Origin: Bacteroidia bacterium
GTDB taxonomy: Bacteria > Bacteroidota > Bacteroidia > J057
NCBI GenBank assembly: GCA_033762375.1
Contig: JANRLQ010000055.1
Coordinates: 1 to 64,000, forward strand
Length of the DNA stretch: 64,000 nucleotides
Direction: 5' to 3'
Shown: positions 28,373-37,878 of the stretch, one piece after another
Position numbering within the stretch: position 1 is the stretch's first letter
Layout of the letters: every line of letters starts with the position of its first letter
The notes under the pieces: model-generated
Databases searched by the model: none
Seen by the model: the letters and a program-made list of their open reading frames with translations, nothing else
What the model was told of the DNA's origin: nothing
Position numbers and translations under genes: made by a program

Positions 28373-31300
28373 ATGGCTGACTCCACCCCCCAGACCATTT
28401 CTGCCCAGCCTACGCTTGATACAGGGACTTACGAGCTCCTGCGCCGGCGTATGCTTGATCAGGCCACAGAGCTAAGCACCCGGCTCGACCGGCTGAATGC
28501 GGCCCGGCAGGCAATATTTGGTGCCTCCGAAAGCCGGCTCCTGGCGACCCGCCATATCACCACTGAAAACAACTGTATCCCGCGGGATATGGCAGCCTTT
28601 GGGCAGCACTTTTTATTCGGCTACAATGTCCATATCGGGTTGCGGGCCGGGATGCGGCTGGAGGATGTGTTCAGCTTGTTCCGGTTTGAGCCTCAGGATC
28701 ACTCGTTCCATGAGCTACCCCTGGAAATGCTGCGCCAGGGGCGGTTTGAAGAAAACTTCCGCAACCTCTTCACCTATTATAAAGACACGACCTTTGCCCG
28801 GTTTGCCCTGATCGGTCCCAGCCTGTTTATGGTTTTCCAGACTGGCAAACAAGTTTCCGACATCAAGACATTCAAATGGACCATCCGGGAGGATACACTT
28901 GTGTACGAGGGCGACCGGTTTGACCACGAGTACCGCCTGCCGGAGCAGTTTGCCTTTACCTGGAAACGCACCGGCCGGGAGATGCAGCGCCGGGGGATTT
29001 ATCCACATATTTCGATTGAAGACCGGTTATTTGTAGAATGTATTGGCGGAGACCTCACCATCAAAGTGGAGGACAATACCGATACAGGATTGGGTATCTA
29101 TGCCGAACCCGTCGAGGTAGCCGACCAGACCCTGGACGATGCCGAGATTTCCTATGCCCTGGCAGGAAACCTGATTGTCCTCAAAATCAGGCCTTACCAG
29201 GAAAAACAAACCCGCTACATAGTCGTCAGCGACAAGCTGAAGCACGCCTTGCGGGTAGATGCCCTGGAGCAGGCCTGCGTCCTGCTGCCGGAGTCTCAGG
29301 GTATTATTTTTCCCAATGGGTACTACCTCCAGACGGGTGCCTACAAACTGTTTGACAAGCTGGCGGCAGGTCTTCAGTACGAAAAACGCATTCAGTCTGC
29401 GGCAGGAGAGGATTTTCTGTATGTGTTTTCCCAGCCCCAAACCGGCGAGTACGTATTGATGCCCTACAACCTTGTCGCCCAGCAGGTGACGACGCCGGTG
29501 ATATGTCACGGGTATTCGTTATTTGATCAGGGAGAGTTGTGTTTTTTCAGGGCCGAATCAGAACCGGGGCGGCACCACGTGATCCAGGTATGGCATACGC
29601 CTTATGGTCGGCGGCCTGTGATCGCCAGCGGTGCAGAGGACAGTTATATCTATAAGGTCGGGAGCAAAGACCTGGTCCGGGGCATGGCCGAGTGCCGTGC
29701 CCTTCTGACCCTGGCCCAGCAGGAGACCCCTTATGATGCCTTGTATGCGGACCTGGTACACCAGGCCAGCAGCATGCTCGATGCGTACTATTGGCTGAGT
29801 CATCCGGAGGCAGGCGAACTGTCAGTACCGCTGGCAGGTCTGCGGGATGCTGCTGCTGCTACCATTGAGGCATTTGAAAGTACCCGCCGCCTGCAGCGCC
29901 ACGCACAGCAGGCCCTGGCAGACTTTACGCATCGCGTGCGGTCACTGCTCGACAAAATCCGCCGTCGGCGGGCGGAGTCCCTGGAAACTTTTGTGGGGTA
30001 TCTGACAGAGCTGCGGACTCTGCGGGGCGAGGCCATCTCCCTGCGCGAACTGCGGTATGCAGATACAGCTGCTTTTGCAGCGCTGGAGGCCCAGTTGCTG
30101 GAAGGACAGACCGATACCGGGATCAAGTGTGCGACTTTTCTCGCAGACCCTGCTTCACTCACTCCCTATGCGCGGGAGATTGAAGCCCTCAAGCAGCAGA
30201 CGGAATCTTTTGCGACTGTAGCTGCCTCCAAATCTGTGCAGGAGGCTGCCGATAAGGTCGGTAGCAGCCTGTCGCTGCTCACAGAGACCGTCGGTAACCT
30301 GCCGATCACCGATACCACCGAATCCACCCGGATCGTAGAGCAGATCGCGGCCCTGTATGCAGCCCTCAATGGCGTACAGGCCCGTATCCGGCAGCGCCGT
30401 ACCACCCTGCAGACCACGGAGTCGTCCGCTGCTTTTTTTGCTCAGATGCAGCTTCTCGCCCAGTCTGTCACCCATGCCCTGGATACCAGCCAGACCCCGG
30501 AGGCCTGCGAAGCAAGCCTTGGGCTGCTGACGGTGCAGTTGGAGGAGCTGGAAGGAAAGTTTGGTGAAACCGACACCTTCCTGCCCGAGCTCACCCGCCA
30601 GCGGGAGGAGATACACCAGGCATTTGAATCCCGGCGGTTGCAATTGCTGGAGGCACGGAATAAGCGGGTCACGACCCTCATGCAGGCAGCCGAGCGCCTG
30701 CTGGACTCCCTGCAATCCCGGGCCCAGCGCGAAGACGATCCGGCTGCATTGCGGGCTTTTTTTGCCTCCGACCTGCTCGCTGGCAAGGTCCGCACCATTA
30801 TGACCCAGTTGGAGGCCCTTCAGGATGCCGGCAAGGCCGATGACCTCCGAAACCGACTCCGGGCCCTCGAAGATACCTCCCTGCGCGCCCTCCGTGACCG
30901 GAAAGACCTTGCCTCCGAGACCGCTGGGGGCATCCGGCTGGGGCGGCATACTTTTTCAGTCGTAGGACAGCCTCCGGAGTTGTCCCTGGTACCCCGTGAC
31001 GGGGAGATGTACCTGCACCTGACGGGCACCCGCTTTTTTGAGAAAGTGACCGATCCGGCATTTCTGGAGACCCGGGCCACCTGGGAGCAGGTTTTTGTCA
31101 GTGAAAATACGCAAGTATATCGGGCGGAGTATCTTGCCTGGCAGGTATTACACCACGGCAACCTGCCCCCGGTACTTCCTGCTGCTGAGATACAGGCAGC
31201 CGTCAGGACATTTGCGGCGAGCCGTTATGAAGAGGGGTATGTCAAAGGGGTACACGACCAGGATGCAGCCCTGATCTATACGGCCCTGCGGGAGGTGCAT

Positions 31301-33232
31301 GAGCTGGCCGGTGCCCTGCGTTACCTGGCCGGTGCACGCGCCCTGGCATTGCTCTGGTGGGAGCGTTTTTTGCCGGAGGAATCCCGAAAAAGGTGGCTGA
31401 TCAGGCTGGAAGCTGCTGCCCTGGCCCGTGAGACCTTAGGTGTACATACCCAGGCGGCCGCCCTGATTGCCGCCCTTACCCAACACCTGGAAACCTTCGC
31501 CACCGACACCGGTATCGGCGCCGCTGCCCATGCTGGAGAAGCTGCTGCGTATTTGCTGGCAGTACGGGGGCGGGATTGGGTCGTGAGCAAGGGGGCCGCT
31601 ACCGGACGGGAGCAGTTTGAAGCATATCTGAAGCAGCATAAAGCCGCCACACACTGGCAGACGGCATTTAAGGCCCTGGCGGATCACCCCGCTGAGCAGG
31701 CTGATATGGTCAGGACCTGGGTACAGGGATTTGTGCAGACACCGGGTGCTCCCGCCCTGCTGCCCGGCGAAGACGCCGAAATCATGGCCATGCTGATGTG
31801 TAATGCTCCTGTCTGGACGGTCCCCCAGATCTCACTGACACGGGAACTGACCGGCTTGCAGGGCGAACATCCCGTCCTCAACCAGGGACATTATACCTTT
31901 TCTTACCCGGTATTTACCCATCGCCTGCGCACCTATGAGGCGGAAACCGTACCCGTATTCCGGGCGTATCAGGCCCAAAAAACAAAGCTCCTCGCAGCGG
32001 CAGGAGAGCGGATCAAGCCTCACCAGCTCCGGCCACAGCCGATGGCTTCCTTTGTGCGGAATCAGCTCATTGACAAGGTATATCTGCCCCTGATCGGCGA
32101 CAACCTCGCCAAACAAATCGGCACCAGTGATGCCAGCCGCGCTGACCGGATGGGGATGCTCCTGGTGATCTCTCCGCCGGGATATGGCAAAACCACCCTG
32201 ATCGAGTATGTCGCGCACCGGCTGGGACTCATTTTCCTCAAGGTGAATGGCCCCGCGCTCGGGCGGGAGGTGACCTCCCTGGATCCGGCTGCCGCCCCCA
32301 ATGCTGCCGCCCGCGAAGAACTGGAGCGTCTCAACCTGGCCTGGGAGATCGGCGACAACGTAATGTTGTATCTGGATGATATTCAGCACTGTAACCCGGA
32401 GTTTTTACAAAAGTTCATCTCCCTCTGTGATGCCCAGCGCAAAATCGAAGGGGTCTACCGGGGGGTATCCCGCACGTATGACCTGCGGGGAAGGCGTTTT
32501 GCAGTGGTCATGGCAGGCAACCCCTATACCGAGAGCGGCGAAGCCTTCAGTATTCCGGACATGCTCGCCAACCGGGCCGATACCTATAACCTGGGGGACA
32601 TTCTCGGCAATACCCGGGACCTGTTCGGTCTGAGTTACCTCGAAAACGCCATTACTTCCAACCCTGTTTTGCAGCCCCTCGGCAGCAGCCCGCCGGAAGA
32701 CTTGCAGACCCTCTTCCGGATCGCCGCTACCGGCAACCGGGAAGGTGTGCAGTGGGTGTCCAATATCGGTGAGTCAGAGGTCAATGAAGCCGTAACCGTT
32801 CTGCAAAAACTGGCCCGTATCCGGGATGTGGTGATGCTGGTAAACCAGGCGTATATCCAGTCGGCAGCCCAGGCAGAGGCCTACCGGACCGAACCCCGTT
32901 TTTTGATGCAGGGCTCTTACCGGAACATGAACAAAATGGCCGAAAAAGTCCTGGCTGCCATGAATGATACGGAGTTAGATACCCTTATTCTCAGTCACTA
33001 TACGTCGGAGTCACAGACCCTGACCCGAGATGCAGAGGCCAATCTGCTCAAGTGTAAGATGATCTGCGGGTACGCTACACCCGAGGATGAAGCCCGTTGG
33101 CAGCAGATTCTGGAGACCTTTCGCCGCAACCATCTTCTGTCTGCCGACCGGATGGGACAGATTGTGCAGCAGCTCGGACTTCTTGCCGAAAACCTCGCCG
33201 GTATCCGCACCCGGTTTGAGGCGGAGGCGTAA
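28373..33232 (+). CDS. Giant (1619 aa) cytoplasmic multidomain protein with a C-terminal MoxR/AAA_5-like P-loop ATPase domain
   Basis: A single uninterrupted ORF with no signal peptide. Walker A (ISPPGYGKTTLIEY, ~32176-32205), Walker B (VMLYLDDIQHCN) and sensor-1 (VVMAGNPYTE) motifs are followed by an arginine-containing tail (DMLANRADTYNL). A central ~350-aa Ala/Leu/Glu/Arg-rich helical region is present. Confidence 0.8.
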   Translation: MADSTPQTISAQPTLDTGTYELLRRRMLDQATELSTRLDRLNAARQAIFGASESRLLATRHITTENNCIPRDMAAFGQHFLFGYNVHIGLRAGMRLEDVFSLFRFEPQDHSFHELPLEMLRQGRFEENFRNLFTYYKDTTFARFALIGPSLFMVFQTGKQVSDIKTFKWTIREDTLVYEGDRFDHEYRLPEQFAFTWKRTGREMQRRGIYPHISIEDRLFVECIGGDLTIKVEDNTDTGLGIYAEPVEVADQTLDDAEISYALAGNLIVLKIRPYQEKQTRYIVVSDKLKHALRVDALEQACVLLPESQGIIFPNGYYLQTGAYKLFDKLAAGLQYEKRIQSAAGEDFLYVFSQPQTGEYVLMPYNLVAQQVTTPVICHGYSLFDQGELCFFRAESEPGRHHVIQVWHTPYGRRPVIASGAEDSYIYKVGSKDLVRGMAECRALLTLAQQETPYDALYADLVHQASSMLDAYYWLSHPEAGELSVPLAGLRDAAAATIEAFESTRRLQRHAQQALADFTHRVRSLLDKIRRRRAESLETFVGYLTELRTLRGEAISLRELRYADTAAFAALEAQLLEGQTDTGIKCATFLADPASLTPYAREIEALKQQTESFATVAASKSVQEAADKVGSSLSLLTETVGNLPITDTTESTRIVEQIAALYAALNGVQARIRQRRTTLQTTESSAAFFAQMQLLAQSVTHALDTSQTPEACEASLGLLTVQLEELEGKFGETDTFLPELTRQREEIHQAFESRRLQLLEARNKRVTTLMQAAERLLDSLQSRAQREDDPAALRAFFASDLLAGKVRTIMTQLEALQDAGKADDLRNRLRALEDTSLRALRDRKDLASETAGGIRLGRHTFSVVGQPPELSLVPRDGEMYLHLTGTRFFEKVTDPAFLETRATWEQVFVSENTQVYRAEYLAWQVLHHGNLPPVLPAAEIQAAVRTFAASRYEEGYVKGVHDQDAALIYTALREVHELAGALRYLAGARALALLWWERFLPEESRKRWLIRLEAAALARETLGVHTQAAALIAALTQHLETFATDTGIGAAAHAGEAAAYLLAVRGRDWVVSKGAATGREQFEAYLKQHKAATHWQTAFKALADHPAEQADMVRTWVQGFVQTPGAPALLPGEDAEIMAMLMCNAPVWTVPQISLTRELTGLQGEHPVLNQGHYTFSYPVFTHRLRTYEAETVPVFRAYQAQKTKLLAAAGERIKPHQLRPQPMASFVRNQLIDKVYLPLIGDNLAKQIGTSDASRADRMGMLLVISPPGYGKTTLIEYVAHRLGLIFLKVNGPALGREVTSLDPAAAPNAAAREELERLNLAWEIGDNVMLYLDDIQHCNPEFLQKFISLCDAQRKIEGVYRGVSRTYDLRGRRFAVVMAGNPYTESGEAFSIPDMLANRADTYNLGDILGNTRDLFGLSYLENAITSNPVLQPLGSSPPEDLQTLFRIAATGNREGVQWVSNIGESEVNEAVTVLQKLARIRDVVMLVNQAYIQSAAQAEAYRTEPRFLMQGSYRNMNKMAEKVLAAMNDTELDTLILSHYTSESQTLTRDAEANLLKCKMICGYATPEDEARWQQILETFRRNHLLSADRMGQIVQQLGLLAENLAGIRTRFEAEA

Positions 33233-33354
33233 TACAGCCCGAAACAGCTTAGGAATCTGCACATGACACATTAATCCCTGTTGCTTAATCCGGAATGTGG
33301 CGTATATTAGGGGAGAATCAACCCGCTCATCAACCGCTAACGATCCGTTTGCTG

Positions 33355-34506
33355 ATGAAGTTTTTTGTAATCCGTAAGCCTGCCTTCGCTCGTTCTTATT
33401 GTCTGGGGCTGCTCATGCTGCTGCTGCCTGCTGCCCGGTCTCAGCCTGCCTTTTCTTTTTTTTGCGAACTGGACAGTACGGCATTTCTCCAACTGACCCG
33501 GGACACCAGCGTGATCCGGGACTTACAGGCCATCCGGGCTGCTGTCAGGGTAGGGCTGCTGGACCTGAGCCAGACCCGCGCAGAGGGCGTTCGTAACCTC
33601 AATGCGGCAGGTATCCCGGTAGTGGCCTGGTTACTTCTGCCCGCAGACTCAGGATATTGGTTTAATATGTACAACGCTGAGCAGGCCCAGCGGCGGTACG
33701 ACGCATTCAAAACCTGGTCAGCCGCCGACTCACTCCGCTGGATCGGGGTAGGCCTGGACCTGGAACCCCGCATGGCGGATATGCAGGAAGCCGTGCACGA
33801 TCCCTGGCTAGGTGCCCGGAAGGCATGGGGCAGGCTCTATGAGCAAGACCAACTCACCCGCGCACGTGAGACCTACACAGAGCTGATCCGGCGCATGCGG
33901 GCTGATGGGTTCCGGACGGAGAGTTACATTATCCCGCCTGTGCTGGATGATCGCCTGACGGGCACGACCTCATTTCAGCTCCTGATGGAGCTGGTAGATA
34001 TCGAAACAGACCTGGAGATTCCGATGTGTTATTCCAGTGTGCCCGGTTCCTCACCAGCACAGATCCTCTCCTACGGTGCAGGAGCAGCAGCAGTAGCTGT
34101 AGGCAGTACCGGCGGAGGCATCAAAGTAGACGGAATGGATGCCTTGCCCGCCATGAGTTGGGAGATGCTGGAGCGAGACCTGCTGCTGGCCCAGCAGGTG
34201 AGCCGTGAGATACATATTTTCAGCCTGGAAGGTTGTGTGGCACAGGGTTTTTTGCCCCGTATCCGCTCGTTTTATTACTTACAGCCCGTGGACATCAACA
34301 GCCGGGAGCTGGTGTCCGTGCAGCAGTTCCGGAGTCGCCTCCAACTCTTACTCAGGTTCCTGGCATATCCTACCTGGACGGTGGCCGGCATATGCTTAGC
34401 CCTGATCCTGGTCATTGCCTTCCTTGTATGGGGGGTGATAGGCGTGCGGCGTTTTTTCCGGCTTCGGCGCAAGGGCCGTGCCGCCGAGGTATCTTCAGCT
34501 GGCTGA
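33355..34506 (+). CDS. Hypothetical secreted protein with a C-terminal TM anchor
   Basis: A signal peptide (MKFFVIRKPAFARSYCLGLLMLLLPAARSQ) and a C-terminal hydrophobic helix (VAGICLALILVIAFLVWGVIGV) followed by a basic tail. Confidence 0.5.
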   Translation: MKFFVIRKPAFARSYCLGLLMLLLPAARSQPAFSFFCELDSTAFLQLTRDTSVIRDLQAIRAAVRVGLLDLSQTRAEGVRNLNAAGIPVVAWLLLPADSGYWFNMYNAEQAQRRYDAFKTWSAADSLRWIGVGLDLEPRMADMQEAVHDPWLGARKAWGRLYEQDQLTRARETYTELIRRMRADGFRTESYIIPPVLDDRLTGTTSFQLLMELVDIETDLEIPMCYSSVPGSSPAQILSYGAGAAAVAVGSTGGGIKVDGMDALPAMSWEMLERDLLLAQQVSREIHIFSLEGCVAQGFLPRIRSFYYLQPVDINSRELVSVQQFRSRLQLLLRFLAYPTWTVAGICLALILVIAFLVWGVIGVRRFFRLRRKGRAAEVSSAG

Positions 34507-34836
34507 CAGGCAGAAAATTTCCGTCATGGGTGCCCATTTTACCCCATCAGGTGCCTCCGGGACAGGCTCCTGTAAGGTTGTCATGAGGTCTTCCCATTCG
34601 CGGCACCGGGGGTGGAGGTCCAGGTACCGGGGCAGGTCACGGTCCGGGTCAAAATCCACGCCGCCTGTCAGGTACATACACAACCGCCTCCCCAGGATAA
34701 ATATCCGCATATCCTTGACCCCCACTTTTCGCAAGGCGTCTAATACCTCCGGCCACGGCTGGGCATGATAAGCCAGGTATTGCCGGATGGCTTCCGGATC
34801 GTCCCGGAGGTTCAGGGTTTTGGCAAAAATGTTCAT
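34495..34836 (-). CDS. L-rhamnose mutarotase-like (RhaM/DUF718, Dabb fold) protein
   Basis: The 113-aa protein shows the RhaM family pattern (RQYLAYHAQPWPEVLDALRKVGVKDMRIF...MYLTGGVDFDP...PRCREWEDLMTTLQEPVP). Confidence 0.5.
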   Translation of the reverse strand: MNIFAKTLNLRDDPEAIRQYLAYHAQPWPEVLDALRKVGVKDMRIFILGRRLCMYLTGGVDFDPDRDLPRYLDLHPRCREWEDLMTTLQEPVPEAPDGVKWAPMTEIFCLSAS

Positions 34837-35010
34837 CAGCGCATTCAGGTTACAGCCTCAGGCAGCCAGGTATCTCTTCCGTCAGGAAAAAACAAACCCG
34901 GGCGATACACTGGGGACTGAGACATTCGTTTGATACAGGAGGAAAGCCGGGTATAAAAAACATTTTCAAAATACTCCAAAAACCGGGAATATCAGACAAG
35001 TGAAAGTCAC

Positions 35011-35127
35011 TTATCCACAATATCGGGCTTTTTTATCCACAATGTATTGTCAACCTTGTGGATAAATAAAGCAGGAGGCCGCTGGAAGCCTAAATGTCTG
35101 GTGTGCCAAATGTATATTTGTGGATAA
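35011..35127. promoter_or_regulatory. Cluster of four perfect consensus DnaA boxes (TTATCCACA) in an AT-rich intergenic region upstream of dnaB
   Basis: TTATCCACA occurs at 35011-35019 and 35033-35041. The reverse complement TGTGGATAA occurs at 35057-35065 and 35119-35127. An AT-rich stretch flanks them (34940-34985 ggtataaaaaacattttcaaaatactccaaaaacc). Confidence 0.7.
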
Positions 35128-35243
35128 ATAGATAGGACGGTGTATTTCAGGCCTTTATCATCTTTCAAAAATGTGCGGATCAGGTAGTATCTTTAAAGCC
35201 CGGTACCAAAGCAGAAGACCCGATTTGACCCCAAACGCAACAG

Positions 35244-36773
35244 TTGCACATGGATAACACGTTTCGCGACGCACTGCCCACAGACCCATCAGACCGCGAC
35301 AAAGGTAAAGTCCGCAACCTGGCCCAACAGGCAGGGATGGCTGGTGCTAAACTCCCGCCGCAGGCCCTTGATATGGAGGAGGCAGTCCTGGGAGCACTCC
35401 TGCTGGAGAAGGACGCCCTGCACCGTATTATGGACATTCTGCAGCCACCTATGTTTTACAAGGATGCCAACCGGGTCATCTTTGAGGTCATTCTGGAGCT
35501 GTTTCAAAGTTCGTCACCTGTGGACATCCTCACCGTCAAGGATGCCCTTCGCCGGGTCGGTAAACTGGAAATGACAGGCGGGGCTTTTTACCTGACCGAA
35601 CTCACCGCACGGGTCGCTTCTGCTGCGAATATTGAATACCATGCACGGGTCGTCGCCGAAAAATACATCCTCCGCTCGCTGATCAAAGTATCCGACGAGG
35701 TTGTGCGGCAGGCATACGATGAGACCACCGATGTGTTTGACCTGCTGGACAAAGCCGAGCAGAGTCTGTTTGAAATCTCGGAGACCAACCTCCGCCGTAA
35801 CTACCTGGGCATGCCTGAGCTGGTCATCAAAACCCTGGAGCGGCTGGAAGAGATGCGGAGCAAAAGCAGCAGCGTCACGGGTATCCCCTCCGGTATCGCG
35901 GAGCTGGACCAGATTACGGCAGGCTGGCAACGCACAGACCTGGTGATCGTGGCAGCCCGTCCGGCGATGGGTAAAACAGCCTTTACCCTGTCTGTGGCCC
36001 GTAATGCAGCACTTCGGTTCAACCAGCCGGTGGCCTTTTTTTCCCTGGAAATGGCGGCCGTACAGCTCACCCAGCGCTTGATCTGCTCAGAGGCAGAACT
36101 TGACGCCCAGAAGGTCCGTACCGGCCAGCTCGCTGACTACGAGTGGAAACAACTCATCACCCGCATCGGGGCGCTGAGCAAAACCCCACTTTTTATTGAC
36201 GATACACCTGCCCTCACAGTGTGGGATCTCCGCGCCAAATGCCGCCGCCTCAAGGCGGAAAAAGGTATTGGTATGGTCATCATTGACTATCTCCAGCTGA
36301 TGACCGGACAAGCCAGCAAAGGGGGCAACCGTGAACAGGAGATTGCCGGTATCTCCCGTGCGCTCAAGGAACTGGCCAAAGAGCTTGACGTAGTCGTGAT
36401 CGCACTCTCCCAGCTGAGCCGCGCAGTGGAGTCACGCGGCGGCGACAAACGCCCCGTACTGAGTGACCTCCGGGAGTCTGGCTCCATCGAGCAGGACGCC
36501 GACATGGTTATGTTTCTGTATCGTCCGGAATACTACGGGTTTGAAACCGATGATGACGGCAACTCTACCGAAGGATTGGCCGAAATTATCATCGCCAAAC
36601 AACGTAACGGTCCTACCGGTACGGTCAAAGCGCAGTTTATATCCAAATTTGGCCGGTTTACAGACTGGCAGGCAGGGGTCGTGCACGGGGCTGAGTCCTA
36701 TGTGGACACAGGCAATACGATCACCCTCCCGTCCCGTATGAACCAGGAAAACAACTTTGATGTTCCCTTTTGA
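35244..36773 (+). CDS. dnaB: Replicative DNA helicase DnaB
   Basis: The N-terminal DnaB domain (QALDMEEAVLGALLL...) is followed by a RecA-like domain with Walker A (VIVAARPAMGKTAFTLSVARN) and Walker B (MVIIDYLQLM). There is no intein. Confidence 0.9.
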   Translation: MHMDNTFRDALPTDPSDRDKGKVRNLAQQAGMAGAKLPPQALDMEEAVLGALLLEKDALHRIMDILQPPMFYKDANRVIFEVILELFQSSSPVDILTVKDALRRVGKLEMTGGAFYLTELTARVASAANIEYHARVVAEKYILRSLIKVSDEVVRQAYDETTDVFDLLDKAEQSLFEISETNLRRNYLGMPELVIKTLERLEEMRSKSSSVTGIPSGIAELDQITAGWQRTDLVIVAARPAMGKTAFTLSVARNAALRFNQPVAFFSLEMAAVQLTQRLICSEAELDAQKVRTGQLADYEWKQLITRIGALSKTPLFIDDTPALTVWDLRAKCRRLKAEKGIGMVIIDYLQLMTGQASKGGNREQEIAGISRALKELAKELDVVVIALSQLSRAVESRGGDKRPVLSDLRESGSIEQDADMVMFLYRPEYYGFETDDDGNSTEGLAEIIIAKQRNGPTGTVKAQFISKFGRFTDWQAGVVHGAESYVDTGNTITLPSRMNQENNFDVPF

Positions 36774-36846
36774 GAAGGGGTGATGTAAGGTTTCGACGAA
36801 AATTGCTTCGCTCCTGCGCGGTCTTTCATGATAAAAGACGCAATTT

Positions 36847-37806
36847 TTGCCAGGATTTCTCCTACCTTTACGAGAGAATATCCACCGGATTACGCCCCTA
36901 GTTATGAGAACATGCTGTATGGCCTTATGGGTCTGGGTTTCTCTTATATCGGCCAGTGCCGCCCCTTTTCCTGCCTGGCTGCCAGAAGGTCAGTTTGAGC
37001 AGGTCAAAAAACAGGCAGCCACTACCTACCGTCCGTTTCTGGTGTATTTTTTTCACGAGGCAGACCGGGATTCCCGCCGGATGAACCGCCAGACGCTTGA
37101 AGACGCCAACCTGGCCCTGTATATCCGCGAGCACTACCTGGCGATCCGCACGGACGTACTGGCCGAGAATGCTCAGGTAGAGATTATCCAGCAGTACAGT
37201 GTGTATAATTTTCCGGCGGTACTTATTTTCAGCCCGGAAGGCAAACTGATGGGACGTACAGAGGGGTATGTGTCGTCCGAAACTTTACAGGGGATATTGG
37301 CCAAACATCACGGCCGCATTGACCCGACACACCTCCTGCCACAGATCGCCCTGGTACAGCCTGAAGAAGTGGTCGCCATGGCAGAACCCCGTGGCACAGC
37401 ACGCGGCGGGGCCAATGGGGACACCCCCATCAAGGTCACAGACCTGCAGACACCTGCGGGCATGACAGCACGGGACGGAAGCCTCACACCGCTACACCTG
37501 ACCGTCAGCGGATTTGAAGATTACAGCCTCACCCGGCTGGAGCGTACGGAGGACAATGCGGCAGTATTTGGGCTGTTATATGGCTCTTATACCCAAGCCG
37601 ATAAACTCACGACCCATCTCGACCGCCTCAAAAAATTCTGGCGGGGACATATATGGATATTCTGCGAAGAAATCTCCGGCACCCTGGTCTATCGCCTGGC
37701 CCTGGGACAGTATGAAGACCGGGAAACAGCAGAGGTATTTGCGGAGTCTATCCAAAAGCTGGAAAAAGTCTCCTGCCAGGTGCTGGTCCTGAGCCAGTTG
37801 CGGTGA
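36847..37806 (+). CDS. Thioredoxin-fold (DUF255-like) protein with a C-terminal SPOR domain
   Basis: A signal peptide is present. The N-terminal thioredoxin-like pattern (TYRPFLVYFFHEADRDSRRMNRQTLED...YNFPAVLIFSPEGKLMG) is followed by a C-terminal SPOR-like ~80 aa (FGLLYGSYTQADKLTTHLDRLKK...YRLALGQYEDRETAEVF). The start may be the internal Met at ~36904. Confidence 0.6.
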   Translation: MPGFLLPLRENIHRITPLVMRTCCMALWVWVSLISASAAPFPAWLPEGQFEQVKKQAATTYRPFLVYFFHEADRDSRRMNRQTLEDANLALYIREHYLAIRTDVLAENAQVEIIQQYSVYNFPAVLIFSPEGKLMGRTEGYVSSETLQGILAKHHGRIDPTHLLPQIALVQPEEVVAMAEPRGTARGGANGDTPIKVTDLQTPAGMTARDGSLTPLHLTVSGFEDYSLTRLERTEDNAAVFGLLYGSYTQADKLTTHLDRLKKFWRGHIWIFCEEISGTLVYRLALGQYEDRETAEVFAESIQKLEKVSCQVLVLSQLR

Positions 37807-37829
37807 GGATGCTGCAAGCAGCGCATCAC

Positions 37830-37860
37830 AAAAAAAAACGTCCTGCGGACGTTTTTTTTT
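37830..37860. terminator. Bidirectional rho-independent terminator between convergent genes
   Basis: The sequence aaaaaaaaacgtcc-tgc-ggacgttttttttt is a perfect 7-bp stem flanked by an A9 run and a T9 run. Confidence 0.7.
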
Positions 37861-37878
37861 GTGATCAGCGGAGCTGAT

